From Candidatus Omnitrophota bacterium (GTDB lineage: Bacteria > Omnitrophota > Gorgyraeia > Zapsychrales > Zapsychraceae), in contig JAGOSC010000005.1 of assembly GCA_018062515.1 (NCBI GenBank), positions 880-64,879 on the forward strand: 64,000 nucleotides of DNA, in the 5' to 3' direction. Of the stretch, positions 35,142 through 45,566 are shown one piece after another. The notes under the pieces are model-generated. The model did not search any database. It saw only the letters and a list, made by a program, of their open reading frames with translations, and was not told the origin of the DNA. Every line of letters starts with the position of its first letter. Positions within the stretch are counted from its first letter, which is position 1. The position numbers were made by a program, and so were the translations under genes.

Positions 35142-38100
35142 GTGATTATTCAGTTTAAAAAATTCCAGTTAAAATTTACCTATAAATTTCTTTGTACGGT
35201 TATCAATATTGCGTTTATCTCGACTTGTGTTCTACCGCCGAGCTATGCTCAGGTTTTATCTTTACCCCAACCTGGAACCATGCTGAATGTAAGCCCGGTT
35301 TATACTCCGCCCATGATCAAAGGACTGACCATTGATCAAGAAAACCCGCTGCATTTTCAATTTATTATTGATACTGGAAATGAACAATATAAAGATAATG
35401 ATCAGCTTCGAGAAGAATCAACACGCTTAATTAAATATTTCCTTGCTTCGTTAACAGTTCCTGAAAATGAAATGTGGGTGAACCTTTCACCCCATGAAAA
35501 AGACCGCATTATTCCCGACGGGTTCGGCCAAACCGAAATGGGCCGTGACCTTTTAGCCCAGGATTATATTTTAAAACAACTCACCGCGTCATTGATTTAT
35601 CCTGAAAAAGAATTAGGGGCTGAGTTTTGGAAAAAAGTGCATGACCGCGCTTGGAAAGAATTTAAAACAAAAGAAATTCCATTGGATACATTTAATAAGG
35701 TTTGGATTGTTCCGGAAAAAGCAGTGATTTATGAACATGAAAGAAGCGCTTATGTTCTGGAAAGTCATTTAAAGGTCATGTTGGAAGAAGATTATCAAGC
35801 ACTTATATCCAATACTTCGTCGACATCCGCGGACAATCAAAAATTAAAAGATGATAATCGGCAACTGACAGCGTCGATCATGAAAGAAATTATTATTCCG
35901 GAAATCGAACGGGAAGTTAATGAAGGTAAAAATTTCACAAATCTACGCCAAATTTACCAGTCGATGATTTTAGCGACGTGGTACAAGATGAACTTAAAAG
36001 AGTCATTACTTGGACAAATTTACGTCGATCAGAATAAACTCATAGGGATTGATCTCGACGATAAGAATGTTAAAGACAAAATTTACGCGCAGTATATAGA
36101 AGCCTTTAAAAAAGGTGTTTATAACTATATCAAAGAAGATTATGATCCTGACCAGCAAAAGACCGTTCCTCGTCAATACATTTCGGGCGGTTTCTCGACG
36201 GTAGGAAAAGATAACGCAACGCTCGTTGATCTCGTTGGCCGAGAAATCATTAAGTCCAGCGCCGGCTATGTGAGCGCGGATCAATATAAACGTATTTCCA
36301 AAGGACTTAAACCCAGCGGTGATCAATTCAGAACAGATGTTCAATTATTAGAAAACGGAAATAATGGAATTATTAACGCCGATCAATCCATGCTGGTTAA
36401 GATCGACGATGCTTTACAAAAAAATCCTTCTCAAAAAGTTCATACGGTTAAAGGATACACACCGGCTGGAAATCCAATTGAAGATGTTCTTACATATCAG
36501 GATATCAGCGACCAATCCAATCAATTTGCCCATGTATTAAAAAATGCGGGGATTGAAAAAGGCGACCGTGTGGCTGTTATGTCGCCGGTCTCAGGTTTGG
36601 AAATGATCGCGTCTTTGGGAATTTGGAAAGCCGGGGCAGTACGTGTACCGTTTAAAACCCAATGGACGTCGAATGAAATTAAAAAATATTTGACCCAAAC
36701 CACGCCTGAAGCGATGGTTATTCTAAATGTGTATTACGATCAACATTTATTGTCAATTTTAAATGAATTTAAAGATTTAAAAGTTTATATCATTTCTTCC
36801 GGCGAAACTATTTCTTCAACACCTCACGTCATGACTTTTCAAAATAGTTTAATCAATCAAACAACGGATTTCTTAAATATTTCTTCCGATCCGAGGGATT
36901 TAGTCCAATTGGCTATTTCCACCGGAACAACCGGTGAATCAAAAATTGTAAAGCAAACACAAGAAAACTTTTATTTCAGTACGCAAGAGTATAGTGAGTG
37001 GCTTGATGATGCTCCTCAAGGCCCTGTCGTCAGCACTTTACCGCCGGGAACGTACGGAAGCCATAGTATTTTAGGAACTGTTCTGCGAGGACGTCCGTTA
37101 TATATCGTTCCCCGTTTACCCAAAAATCAAACGACCGATGAATATACCCAGACATTATCGGAAACATTGAAGAGAACAAACGCGAAAATTTTATTCGGCG
37201 TTCCAACGCAATTTCAGGCTTTAGCCATGACGGGAGAAAAATTCCCCGGCCTTATTGGTTTAAGCCGAGGAGCCGCGTTAAGAGATGTAAAACAATTATT
37301 TGAGTCGGTGACCGGAGGACGGGTTATCGAAGGTTATGGATTGACAGAAGGAACCAGTTCAGTCACCAATCCGATTAATAGAGATAAGCCGGGTACCGTC
37401 GGAATTCCGTCAAAAGATACGACATTTAAAGTCATTAATCCATCCACGCAAAAAGAACTTCCCATTGGTGAAGAAGGTGAATTAGTGTTAAAAGGCCCGC
37501 AGGTTATGGCCGGATATTGGGAAGATCCTGTGGGCACTAAAGCCGCTTTTACAGAAGATGGATTTTTAAGGACCGGCGATTTGGGCTCCATCGACAAAGA
37601 TGGTTATATAAAAATCACCGGCCGCTTAAAAGACATTATTATTTCCGGCGGTGATAATGTCATTCCGTCGGAGGTAGAAAAAATTATTAAAACCAACGCC
37701 GCTATCGAAGAAGTTACCGTCGTCGGTATAAGTGATCCTGGCCGTTTTCCTGATGATCCGGCATTTGCTGAGCTCGTTGAACATTGGGGGGAAGTTGTTG
37801 TCGCGTTTGTCGTCCCGAAAAAGGGCATGAATACTTTAAATTTAGAGCCATCCATACGAGAATTTGCCAAAAAGAATTTGGCTGCTTATAAAGTCCCCAA
37901 AAAAGTTGTTGTCCTCAATAAACTGCCTCTGCTAGGAGACCTTTTTAAAATTGACCGTCAACAACTCATCCGAGGCGACAATGACAATGCTGTTTTAGTT
38001 ATTCCTTCAGCCATCAAGAATATAGAAAATATAAAAGCCAAATTAGTGTTAAATTTTATGATAAATGAGACTTTAAGAAATGGTTTAATTTCCCAAATTG

Positions 38101-41100
38101 ATGGCGAAAAACTTATTCCTTCTGTGGCCATTGATGATGAACAAATAACAGTTGCAAAAAAAGTCAGCGATGAAGAATATGAACTATCCGGAACGAAGGC
38201 GGCTGTTGTCAATGGAGGCCGGGCTTCTTTTTATATTGTATTTGCGCAGCTCAACGGAAAATCAAAAGCGTTCTTAGTCGACAATCCAAAAGGGATAACC
38301 AAAAAATCTGTTCCCACCATGGGCTTGGCTGAAAATAATATTGCTCAAGTTCAGTTTAACCGTGTTAGAGCCAAACTCATCACTGATAATTTAGACGATT
38401 CCGAAATACTTAAAGCTGTACAAAATAAAGAAAATAAAATCATTCGAGCCCTGGCTATTTCCGAAGCCCAAAGGATATATAAAATGGGCGAGAAATATGC
38501 CGCCGAAAGACGCGCCTTTGGACAATCCATCAATAAATTCCCATCTTTAAAACGATTAATGGATGGTATTCAAACGGATGTAGAAAACATCAATGCATCC
38601 CCGAATCCAACCGCCATGCTGGTTGATATAGCCAACCGTGTCCTTCAAATTTTTGCGGCGCGCGGATTTGAAAATAATACGCCGGCTGTAAAAATCTGGC
38701 GTGAGGCACAGGCCCTACATGCCATTGTCACTTATCGGCAATCTTTAACAAAAACAACTCCGGAAAACATATCTCTTGACCCTGAAGAGGTATTTAAAAA
38801 AGGTTCATGGGAAGATTTTGGATTAACACCGGATCAGATTTCTCTAAAATCGAAAATTCGCAATTTTGCGGAAAATATCGTCGCGCCAATGTATGAAGAG
38901 CTTGATCGTGATGGACAGTATCCGCTTTCTATATTGAAGAAAATGGGGGATGCCGGCATTACAAAACCCGGTTATCCAAAAGAAGTTGGCGGTGAAGAAG
39001 CTGACACATTAAGCTGGGCCATCGTCGTCGAGGAACTGGTTAAAGCGGCTCCGGCCTTCGGTATATTTTCCGGTGTTCCGCACACGGCTTCCGTTCCAAT
39101 TCTCAAATCCGGCACTCCCGAACAGAAAGAAATTGTCGCGCAAGTTGTCCGCGGAGAAATTCCTCTATCTTACGGACAGAGCGAACCTCACAGCGGATCG
39201 GACGTTGGCGGAATTAAGACAACGGCTCATTTAACAAAACGTGATGGTGTTGAAGGTTATGTTATTAACGGTGAAAAAATTTGGATTGGAAGCGCGACCG
39301 TAGCTCCGTGGTTGGTATTATTGGCAAAAACAGGCGAGGCTACTGATCGAGATTTAAATAAATTTGCATTTTTCCTAGTCCCGTTTCGGGATCAAGATGG
39401 TAAATTCCAAAAAGGAATTGAAGTTCATGAAATGGATTTATTGGGAATGCGGGGAATTGGCAACAGCCATATCATTATGAAAGATGTATTTATTCCCAAA
39501 GAAAATATATTAGGTGAAGTTGGTAAAGGATTTAAAACCGCTATGCACGCCATGGATAGCGGGCGTATTTTTGTTTCCTCTCGAGGATTGGGCGTGATAA
39601 GCCACGCGGTGGAGAATGCCAAAGAAGCTTTAAAAGAAGCATTGCGAGAAAATCCGAACTTGCCCCACGCTCAAAATTATATTTCTCAGATTGACTTAAT
39701 GGAAGCCGAACGGCTAAGCGTGCGGGCTATGCTGCAAAAAACATCTGACATGAATGACCGAGGCAAACGCATGACTTATGAAACGGCGATCATGAAATGG
39801 ATTGCCGGAGAAGTTGCTGCCGACATTGCTCAGCGTTCCTACGATCTAATTCACACCATCTCATATAATCCATCACGATGGGCGCATTCCGAACGGGTTT
39901 TGCGGGATTCGCGGCAAATTCGTATCGGCGAAGGGACGCCGCAAATTATGCAACGTATCGCTGGTCTTAAAATCCGACGTCAAATGAAAAAAAAGTTAAC
40001 ACATTTATCAAGTGACATTATTTTACAGGATGCCCTAAAACAAATTCTCGACGAAAAAGAAAATGATTCTGTGCCTACCCGTCTGAATATTCTGTTTAAT
40101 ATAGCTCTGGCCGCATACCTCAAAGCGATTAAAGATGGACAATTTGATATTACGCCCGTCGAGCCATATGGCATTGAATTGGATTTGGCTAATTTAGAAG
40201 CCTTGCGTATGCGTGTGAATGATTTTCAAAAAATGCTCACACAAATGGCGCAATCTGGACAACCTTTTCCTTATGGAAATGCTGTTCAGATATTTATGAA
40301 TCAGAAGTATGTCGAAGCTGAGACGATAGTTCATAATATTTTTACACAATTAAGTTTTAAGACCGAATTGGAAGAAATAAAAGACTATGCTATGATCGCT
40401 TCACTGCAAGTCGAAGAGCTTCGCAAACGTTTTAAAGAAACCGGCGGAGCGATCACACGGGAAGAAGCGCAACAAATAGTAAAAGGTGCAAAGCCAGAAG
40501 AGGTTGCAGTTGTCCTTGAGCAAATAGCATATCAGTCAAGCCTTTATGGGCCTGTCAACGATCCTGCCATTAACAGAGTTGATCCAAAAATTTATGAATC
40601 TTTAATTGGAATTCCTGGTCAAGCGCCGTTTGTCCGCGGATTGTTTCCTTCAGTTACGCAGCGCGCTGCTGGCCGATGGCCGACGGTACGACGTTATGGT
40701 TCGTATGGAACTGCGGAAGAATCAAACGCCAATCTTAAAAAACAATTAGAAGCGGGTGTTACTGGATTTAGTATTGCTTTTGATTTACCGACTCAAAATG
40801 GTTATGACACAGGTCATCCTTTAGCTGTTGGAGAAGCTGGCCGCGTCGGTATCGCCATTAACACATTGCAAGATATGGAAGATCTTTTTGATGGACTGCC
40901 TTTAGAGAAAATTAGTACATCAATGACCATTAATCCAACCGCGCCAATTCTTTTTGCCATGTATGTGGCTGCAGCGCGTAAGAAAGGCGTGCCAGACAAA
41001 TTAATTGCCGGAAGCGTTCAAAATGATAGCTTGAAAGAATACACGGCGCGTAATACGTATGTTCTACCTTATAAAGGTATGATGCGCATGACCACAGATG

Positions 41101-44100
41101 TATTTCGTTGGACGAAAGACAATTTGCCGCGATTTAATACGATTACGATTTCTGGTTATCATATCCGTGAATCCAACGTCGATGCGGTTAAAGAAATTGC
41201 TTTTACGATAACGAACGCGCTTCAATATGTCGCCGAATTAAAACGCAAAGGTCTAAGCCGTGATGAAATCGCCGGATCATTGGCCACGATGGCTTGGTTT
41301 ATCAATTTGAAAATGAATACGTTTGAAGAAGTCGGAAAACTTCGCGCACTCCGACGGGTATGGTCGAAAATTGTCCGTGATGGATTAGGCATTAAACCTG
41401 AAAATGTGACTGATCCTAAGCTCAAAGATGTGTATCAAAAAGCAACGAACGCCCGGGTTGCAACCTGGTCGGGTGGAAGCGAAGTCCGGTTACCGTACGC
41501 AACGACACTGAATTTTGCCCGTAACGCTATCCGTGCTTTTAACGCACCGTTAAGCGGCGTTCAAAGTTGGGACGGAGCAGCCTTTGATGAATCCATCGGA
41601 ATACCGACGGATTTTGCTCAAGAAGAAGCTATGCTTCGGCTTTTCGCGGCACAGTCGGAAACAGGCCTTATGGAATTAGATGATCCATTCGGCGGATCAT
41701 ATTTCTTGGAAGCTGAGACAAATCGAATTGAGCAAGGAATTTGGAATGAATTATCTGAATTATCACAAAAAGATTCATTCTTGGATGTTCTCCAATTTAT
41801 GGTCGATGAACGAACGCGCTTAACTGATCAGGACCGAATAGATTTAGAAGGGGGACAACGAAAAATCGTCGGGTACAACATTTCCACCGACGGGGCAGAT
41901 GCTTATCCTCAACCCAAAGCTCGGCCGATGAACACCGAAAATTTCGATGTAAAACAGGGCAAAAGATTAAAGAAAGTTTTGGAAACTCGCGATAATGACG
42001 CTGTACAATCCGCCTTGGATGAACTTGAAAAAGCATTAAAAAATGAAACTGAAAATGTCCTGCCATATATTTTTAAAGCCGTCGAAGTTTACGCTACGGT
42101 TGGAGAGATTAGTGACCGCATGCGACGCATATATGGCGCCTCCGACGGAAAGACTCCATGGAATGCGCAACCTGTTTGGAAAGATTTGAAAGACAAAGAA
42201 TGGACTCCTCCAATACAAGAGAAGCCAGAAATTTTTGATCAAGATATACGGAACTTTATCGAAACACAAAAAAATCTTATTGGGAATAGCTATCAAGAAA
42301 TTTATGACCGAGGGATTGCCCGCGGATATTTCTTGGCTGGCGACATGCCATATGTTAGACATTTGCATGTTGAAGAGCGCCCCGGGGAGTATCCATATAC
42401 ACGCGGAATTATTAAGCAGCGACCAGAAAAATTAAATAACATTAGTGGATATTTATTAAGAGAAGCTGGGATGGATGGAATGCAGGAATTGGCTTTGAGT
42501 TTATTTGCTGCTAAAAAGGAAATTGAAAAAGGAAATACTCCCAGCGAACGTGCAGACATTGCCAATCAAATCCGTATTGTGCTTTCTTCCAGCGATAATT
42601 TTATGGAAGAAACCGCTCGAATATTTTTAGCACGTAGAATGTGGGCTGAAATGCTCAAAGAAATGGGAATCACCGATGAAAATGCATTGCAATTGATCGT
42701 CGGTGTTAAAACCGATGCAACCACATACACGGAAGATAAACATTGGCTGAATATTAGCCGCGGCACACGTCAAGCATATCAAGCTTATTTAGCCGGTGTT
42801 GATCCGCAAGATATTATCATTACCCGTTTTGATGCTCCTTATGGCCATACAGATCAAACTCGATTAGCCGAACAAATTGCCAAAGATACTCTCGATGTAT
42901 TCCGTTATGAATTACCCAAAAAAGTTCAAAATCCTTTAAGCGGAATGTTTGCTTTAGAAGCTAAGATCGAAACAATGGAAGGTGAATTAAAAGCTGAATT
43001 AACAAAACTTGAAGATTTGTCATCTGATAAAAAATCAATATCTATTTCCGCAGAATCTGAAATGAAAGCCCTTATACCTGTTACCAATGTTACTGGATCC
43101 ACGGGTGTTCCAACTTGGTTAACTCCGTCATTAGCGAATTATCTGATCACTTCACTTTTACATTCGCAGGCTGTTCAGCTAGCCAAAGTTACCGCCGGAT
43201 TGACTCCAAAAGTAGGCGAGAATATTAAAACCAGTTCGACGAAATATTTTCCGCCAATGAATACCGAGGCCATGGGTATGAAACTTCTACCGCCATCAGA
43301 ACAAGTCACCATTGATGCCTTAGCCTCTGATTCAGAGGATTTAAGAATTGCAATTGCGGACGCATGGTTCAATCAAGCTGCAAATTTATATACAAAACTT
43401 TTAGGCGCGCTTCATCTTAATAACAGTAATCGTCATATTACAAAACTCCTCAGAGGTTTAGCAGCGGCTAATTTAAGTGTGAATGCTGAACAATTTTCAA
43501 AAATTGCTGAAAAATGGTCAATTATTTCTGAAGGCGATCAATTCACTATTCAGACGGATAATGGATCACAACTGAATATTATCCGTGATACTGATCACCA
43601 AGGGAAAATGGGCATTGAATTGGCGGGAAATGTTTCAGAAATAATGCGGTATGTTTCACAGTATACACTAAAAAATAAAATGACTAAAAAAGATAAATTA
43701 CGTATTCTCGTCGCTAAACCAGGACTTGATGGTCATGATGTCGGTGCACGAACAATCGCCAATGGCTTTCGTGACGCCGGCTTTGATGTAATTTATACGG
43801 GATTGCAAAACACCCCGGAACAAATTGTGGAAACAGCTCGCCAAGAAAATATTGATGTCATTGGGTTAAGCATTCTTTCTAACGCTCATAATTCGATTGG
43901 ACCAAAAGTCGCTAGCCTTTTAAATAAGAATGGAATGGATGATGTTTTTGTCGCCATGGGCGGAATGATTCCTGACGATGATCAGCGTAATTTATTTCGA
44001 AAAAGCGCGGTCAACGCAATCTATATTGCCGGTACAACCATGCAAAAGATTGTTGACGATATCAACCATTGGAATGAATGGCGGGGGAAATCAGATAAAA

Positions 44101-45560
44101 TAAAAATCACAAATGATCATCAGTTTACGGCAACATTATTCGATGGAAGTTCAGTCGAAGTTGTTGTCATCAATAAGGAAATTCCAACAGCTAAACCGGT
44201 CACGGACGTAGAAGAAACGGAAATTCCTCAAACTGCTTTAGCCGTGCCAACAAAACTAGGCCCATTGCATCGATCAAATATTCCCGTCGTTGAAGGCGTT
44301 TGGAGCGATGATCCAGAAATTCGAAACCGTGCTCTACAACACTATGCTTTAGCTGGAGACATATTGTTAGAACAGGTCATAAAAACGAGTCCAGTACTGG
44401 GACGATTTATTATTCCGGTTTCGAATGCCGTTTCTCCTCATATTGAACACGCCACTGTTGCCTCAGCTGGAATTGCTTTAACACCCGAACATTTTGAACA
44501 AGCCTGGGAGGCTAATGGAAACCCTCATCGTTCCAATGTACCGGAAGACGTCCGTGCAGAAGAATTTGAAGTTATAGTAACAATGCCCGATGGAAGTAAG
44601 CGAATTTTGGATATTCTTCGTGATAAAAAGGATGACTTTGAAGCTGGCGATATTGTCCGAAGAAAGATAGACGTCTCACACACGTTGGTTGAAGCATGGA
44701 ATAAAAAAGCTAAAACCAACCCTAAAGCCAAAGATCAAGAAGCAGAATGGTTAAATATGACCATAAAACAAATTCTTAATCCGCCGTTTGCTTCAAATAT
44801 TTTTCCAGCTAATGCGATTGTGATAAAGGTTCAAAACAGAAATAGTGAATTGGACCGAGGTATTATTGAACTTGATCAAGAATTAAATATTTACGTGAAG
44901 GTTCTCGACGTCACCCCATTTAATCAACAAACTGTCGACGGAAAATCATTCATTAAAGCGGATGTCATCGTTAAAGATAAAGAAGAAAACATTCTCATCG
45001 ACAGTATCGTCACAGTCATGAAACCGCTGACCATCGCTCGTCATATTAATGAATACAGTGAAGCGGTGATTCAGCAAGTTGAAGTTTGGACCGACGACAT
45101 TCAAGCGGCTCACAAAGCGATTTCCGCAGCGGCTAAAGATAAAACAAATGGTATTAATGTCGTACTGCCTGTCCGTGACGGAGCGAATGGAACAAAGGTT
45201 TTCTTTACGATGGTGACAATCGAAGGCGGCGTCAAAGTTCTCGTTGAGTTAATTCAAAATCCAAAAGCCGCGGTTGATAACGCTTCGCTCAGCCAATACG
45301 GCGGTATCGACCTTAATCCAGCGCATTTGGATTTGCAAATCAAGCGTGATGGACGAGGAATTCCGCTTCCGGTTAATCAACAGCCAATCATCAATATGCA
45401 TATCGACGGTTTTTATCCGATTATTATTGAAATGACGCCAGTGAATTTGCCGATGTTGCTCGGTTTCGCGGATGAAAATATGCCTGCGGATGAAACAGAT
45501 GATTATTCTCAATCAGAATTAAACGCCAGAGAACCTGAAGATTTAAGTTATTTAAATTAA
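35142..45560 (+). CDS. giant secreted mosaic protein C (3472 aa): signal peptide + shared N-module + AMP-forming acyl-CoA synthetase + acyl-CoA dehydrogenase + methylmalonyl-CoA-mutase-like catalytic region + B12-binding domain + shared C-module
   Basis: GTG start immediately after the B stop. AMP-binding motifs GYGLTEGTS and TGDLGSIDKDGYIKITGRLKD. ACAD YGQSEPHSGSDVGG. Mutase RYGSYGTAEESNANLK...GFSIAFDLPTQNGYD is co-linear with the MCM large subunit. B12 motif RILVAKPGLDGHDVGA (DxHxxG) at ~43700. C-module YGGIDLNPAHLDLQIKRDGRGIPLPVNQQP at 45298-45560. Confidence 0.85.
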   Translation: MIIQFKKFQLKFTYKFLCTVINIAFISTCVLPPSYAQVLSLPQPGTMLNVSPVYTPPMIKGLTIDQENPLHFQFIIDTGNEQYKDNDQLREESTRLIKYFLASLTVPENEMWVNLSPHEKDRIIPDGFGQTEMGRDLLAQDYILKQLTASLIYPEKELGAEFWKKVHDRAWKEFKTKEIPLDTFNKVWIVPEKAVIYEHERSAYVLESHLKVMLEEDYQALISNTSSTSADNQKLKDDNRQLTASIMKEIIIPEIEREVNEGKNFTNLRQIYQSMILATWYKMNLKESLLGQIYVDQNKLIGIDLDDKNVKDKIYAQYIEAFKKGVYNYIKEDYDPDQQKTVPRQYISGGFSTVGKDNATLVDLVGREIIKSSAGYVSADQYKRISKGLKPSGDQFRTDVQLLENGNNGIINADQSMLVKIDDALQKNPSQKVHTVKGYTPAGNPIEDVLTYQDISDQSNQFAHVLKNAGIEKGDRVAVMSPVSGLEMIASLGIWKAGAVRVPFKTQWTSNEIKKYLTQTTPEAMVILNVYYDQHLLSILNEFKDLKVYIISSGETISSTPHVMTFQNSLINQTTDFLNISSDPRDLVQLAISTGTTGESKIVKQTQENFYFSTQEYSEWLDDAPQGPVVSTLPPGTYGSHSILGTVLRGRPLYIVPRLPKNQTTDEYTQTLSETLKRTNAKILFGVPTQFQALAMTGEKFPGLIGLSRGAALRDVKQLFESVTGGRVIEGYGLTEGTSSVTNPINRDKPGTVGIPSKDTTFKVINPSTQKELPIGEEGELVLKGPQVMAGYWEDPVGTKAAFTEDGFLRTGDLGSIDKDGYIKITGRLKDIIISGGDNVIPSEVEKIIKTNAAIEEVTVVGISDPGRFPDDPAFAELVEHWGEVVVAFVVPKKGMNTLNLEPSIREFAKKNLAAYKVPKKVVVLNKLPLLGDLFKIDRQQLIRGDNDNAVLVIPSAIKNIENIKAKLVLNFMINETLRNGLISQIDGEKLIPSVAIDDEQITVAKKVSDEEYELSGTKAAVVNGGRASFYIVFAQLNGKSKAFLVDNPKGITKKSVPTMGLAENNIAQVQFNRVRAKLITDNLDDSEILKAVQNKENKIIRALAISEAQRIYKMGEKYAAERRAFGQSINKFPSLKRLMDGIQTDVENINASPNPTAMLVDIANRVLQIFAARGFENNTPAVKIWREAQALHAIVTYRQSLTKTTPENISLDPEEVFKKGSWEDFGLTPDQISLKSKIRNFAENIVAPMYEELDRDGQYPLSILKKMGDAGITKPGYPKEVGGEEADTLSWAIVVEELVKAAPAFGIFSGVPHTASVPILKSGTPEQKEIVAQVVRGEIPLSYGQSEPHSGSDVGGIKTTAHLTKRDGVEGYVINGEKIWIGSATVAPWLVLLAKTGEATDRDLNKFAFFLVPFRDQDGKFQKGIEVHEMDLLGMRGIGNSHIIMKDVFIPKENILGEVGKGFKTAMHAMDSGRIFVSSRGLGVISHAVENAKEALKEALRENPNLPHAQNYISQIDLMEAERLSVRAMLQKTSDMNDRGKRMTYETAIMKWIAGEVAADIAQRSYDLIHTISYNPSRWAHSERVLRDSRQIRIGEGTPQIMQRIAGLKIRRQMKKKLTHLSSDIILQDALKQILDEKENDSVPTRLNILFNIALAAYLKAIKDGQFDITPVEPYGIELDLANLEALRMRVNDFQKMLTQMAQSGQPFPYGNAVQIFMNQKYVEAETIVHNIFTQLSFKTELEEIKDYAMIASLQVEELRKRFKETGGAITREEAQQIVKGAKPEEVAVVLEQIAYQSSLYGPVNDPAINRVDPKIYESLIGIPGQAPFVRGLFPSVTQRAAGRWPTVRRYGSYGTAEESNANLKKQLEAGVTGFSIAFDLPTQNGYDTGHPLAVGEAGRVGIAINTLQDMEDLFDGLPLEKISTSMTINPTAPILFAMYVAAARKKGVPDKLIAGSVQNDSLKEYTARNTYVLPYKGMMRMTTDVFRWTKDNLPRFNTITISGYHIRESNVDAVKEIAFTITNALQYVAELKRKGLSRDEIAGSLATMAWFINLKMNTFEEVGKLRALRRVWSKIVRDGLGIKPENVTDPKLKDVYQKATNARVATWSGGSEVRLPYATTLNFARNAIRAFNAPLSGVQSWDGAAFDESIGIPTDFAQEEAMLRLFAAQSETGLMELDDPFGGSYFLEAETNRIEQGIWNELSELSQKDSFLDVLQFMVDERTRLTDQDRIDLEGGQRKIVGYNISTDGADAYPQPKARPMNTENFDVKQGKRLKKVLETRDNDAVQSALDELEKALKNETENVLPYIFKAVEVYATVGEISDRMRRIYGASDGKTPWNAQPVWKDLKDKEWTPPIQEKPEIFDQDIRNFIETQKNLIGNSYQEIYDRGIARGYFLAGDMPYVRHLHVEERPGEYPYTRGIIKQRPEKLNNISGYLLREAGMDGMQELALSLFAAKKEIEKGNTPSERADIANQIRIVLSSSDNFMEETARIFLARRMWAEMLKEMGITDENALQLIVGVKTDATTYTEDKHWLNISRGTRQAYQAYLAGVDPQDIIITRFDAPYGHTDQTRLAEQIAKDTLDVFRYELPKKVQNPLSGMFALEAKIETMEGELKAELTKLEDLSSDKKSISISAESEMKALIPVTNVTGSTGVPTWLTPSLANYLITSLLHSQAVQLAKVTAGLTPKVGENIKTSSTKYFPPMNTEAMGMKLLPPSEQVTIDALASDSEDLRIAIADAWFNQAANLYTKLLGALHLNNSNRHITKLLRGLAAANLSVNAEQFSKIAEKWSIISEGDQFTIQTDNGSQLNIIRDTDHQGKMGIELAGNVSEIMRYVSQYTLKNKMTKKDKLRILVAKPGLDGHDVGARTIANGFRDAGFDVIYTGLQNTPEQIVETARQENIDVIGLSILSNAHNSIGPKVASLLNKNGMDDVFVAMGGMIPDDDQRNLFRKSAVNAIYIAGTTMQKIVDDINHWNEWRGKSDKIKITNDHQFTATLFDGSSVEVVVINKEIPTAKPVTDVEETEIPQTALAVPTKLGPLHRSNIPVVEGVWSDDPEIRNRALQHYALAGDILLEQVIKTSPVLGRFIIPVSNAVSPHIEHATVASAGIALTPEHFEQAWEANGNPHRSNVPEDVRAEEFEVIVTMPDGSKRILDILRDKKDDFEAGDIVRRKIDVSHTLVEAWNKKAKTNPKAKDQEAEWLNMTIKQILNPPFASNIFPANAIVIKVQNRNSELDRGIIELDQELNIYVKVLDVTPFNQQTVDGKSFIKADVIVKDKEENILIDSIVTVMKPLTIARHINEYSEAVIQQVEVWTDDIQAAHKAISAAAKDKTNGINVVLPVRDGANGTKVFFTMVTIEGGVKVLVELIQNPKAAVDNASLSQYGGIDLNPAHLDLQIKRDGRGIPLPVNQQPIINMHIDGFYPIIIEMTPVNLPMLLGFADENMPADETDDYSQSELNAREPEDLSYLN

Positions 45561-45566
45561 TAAACC

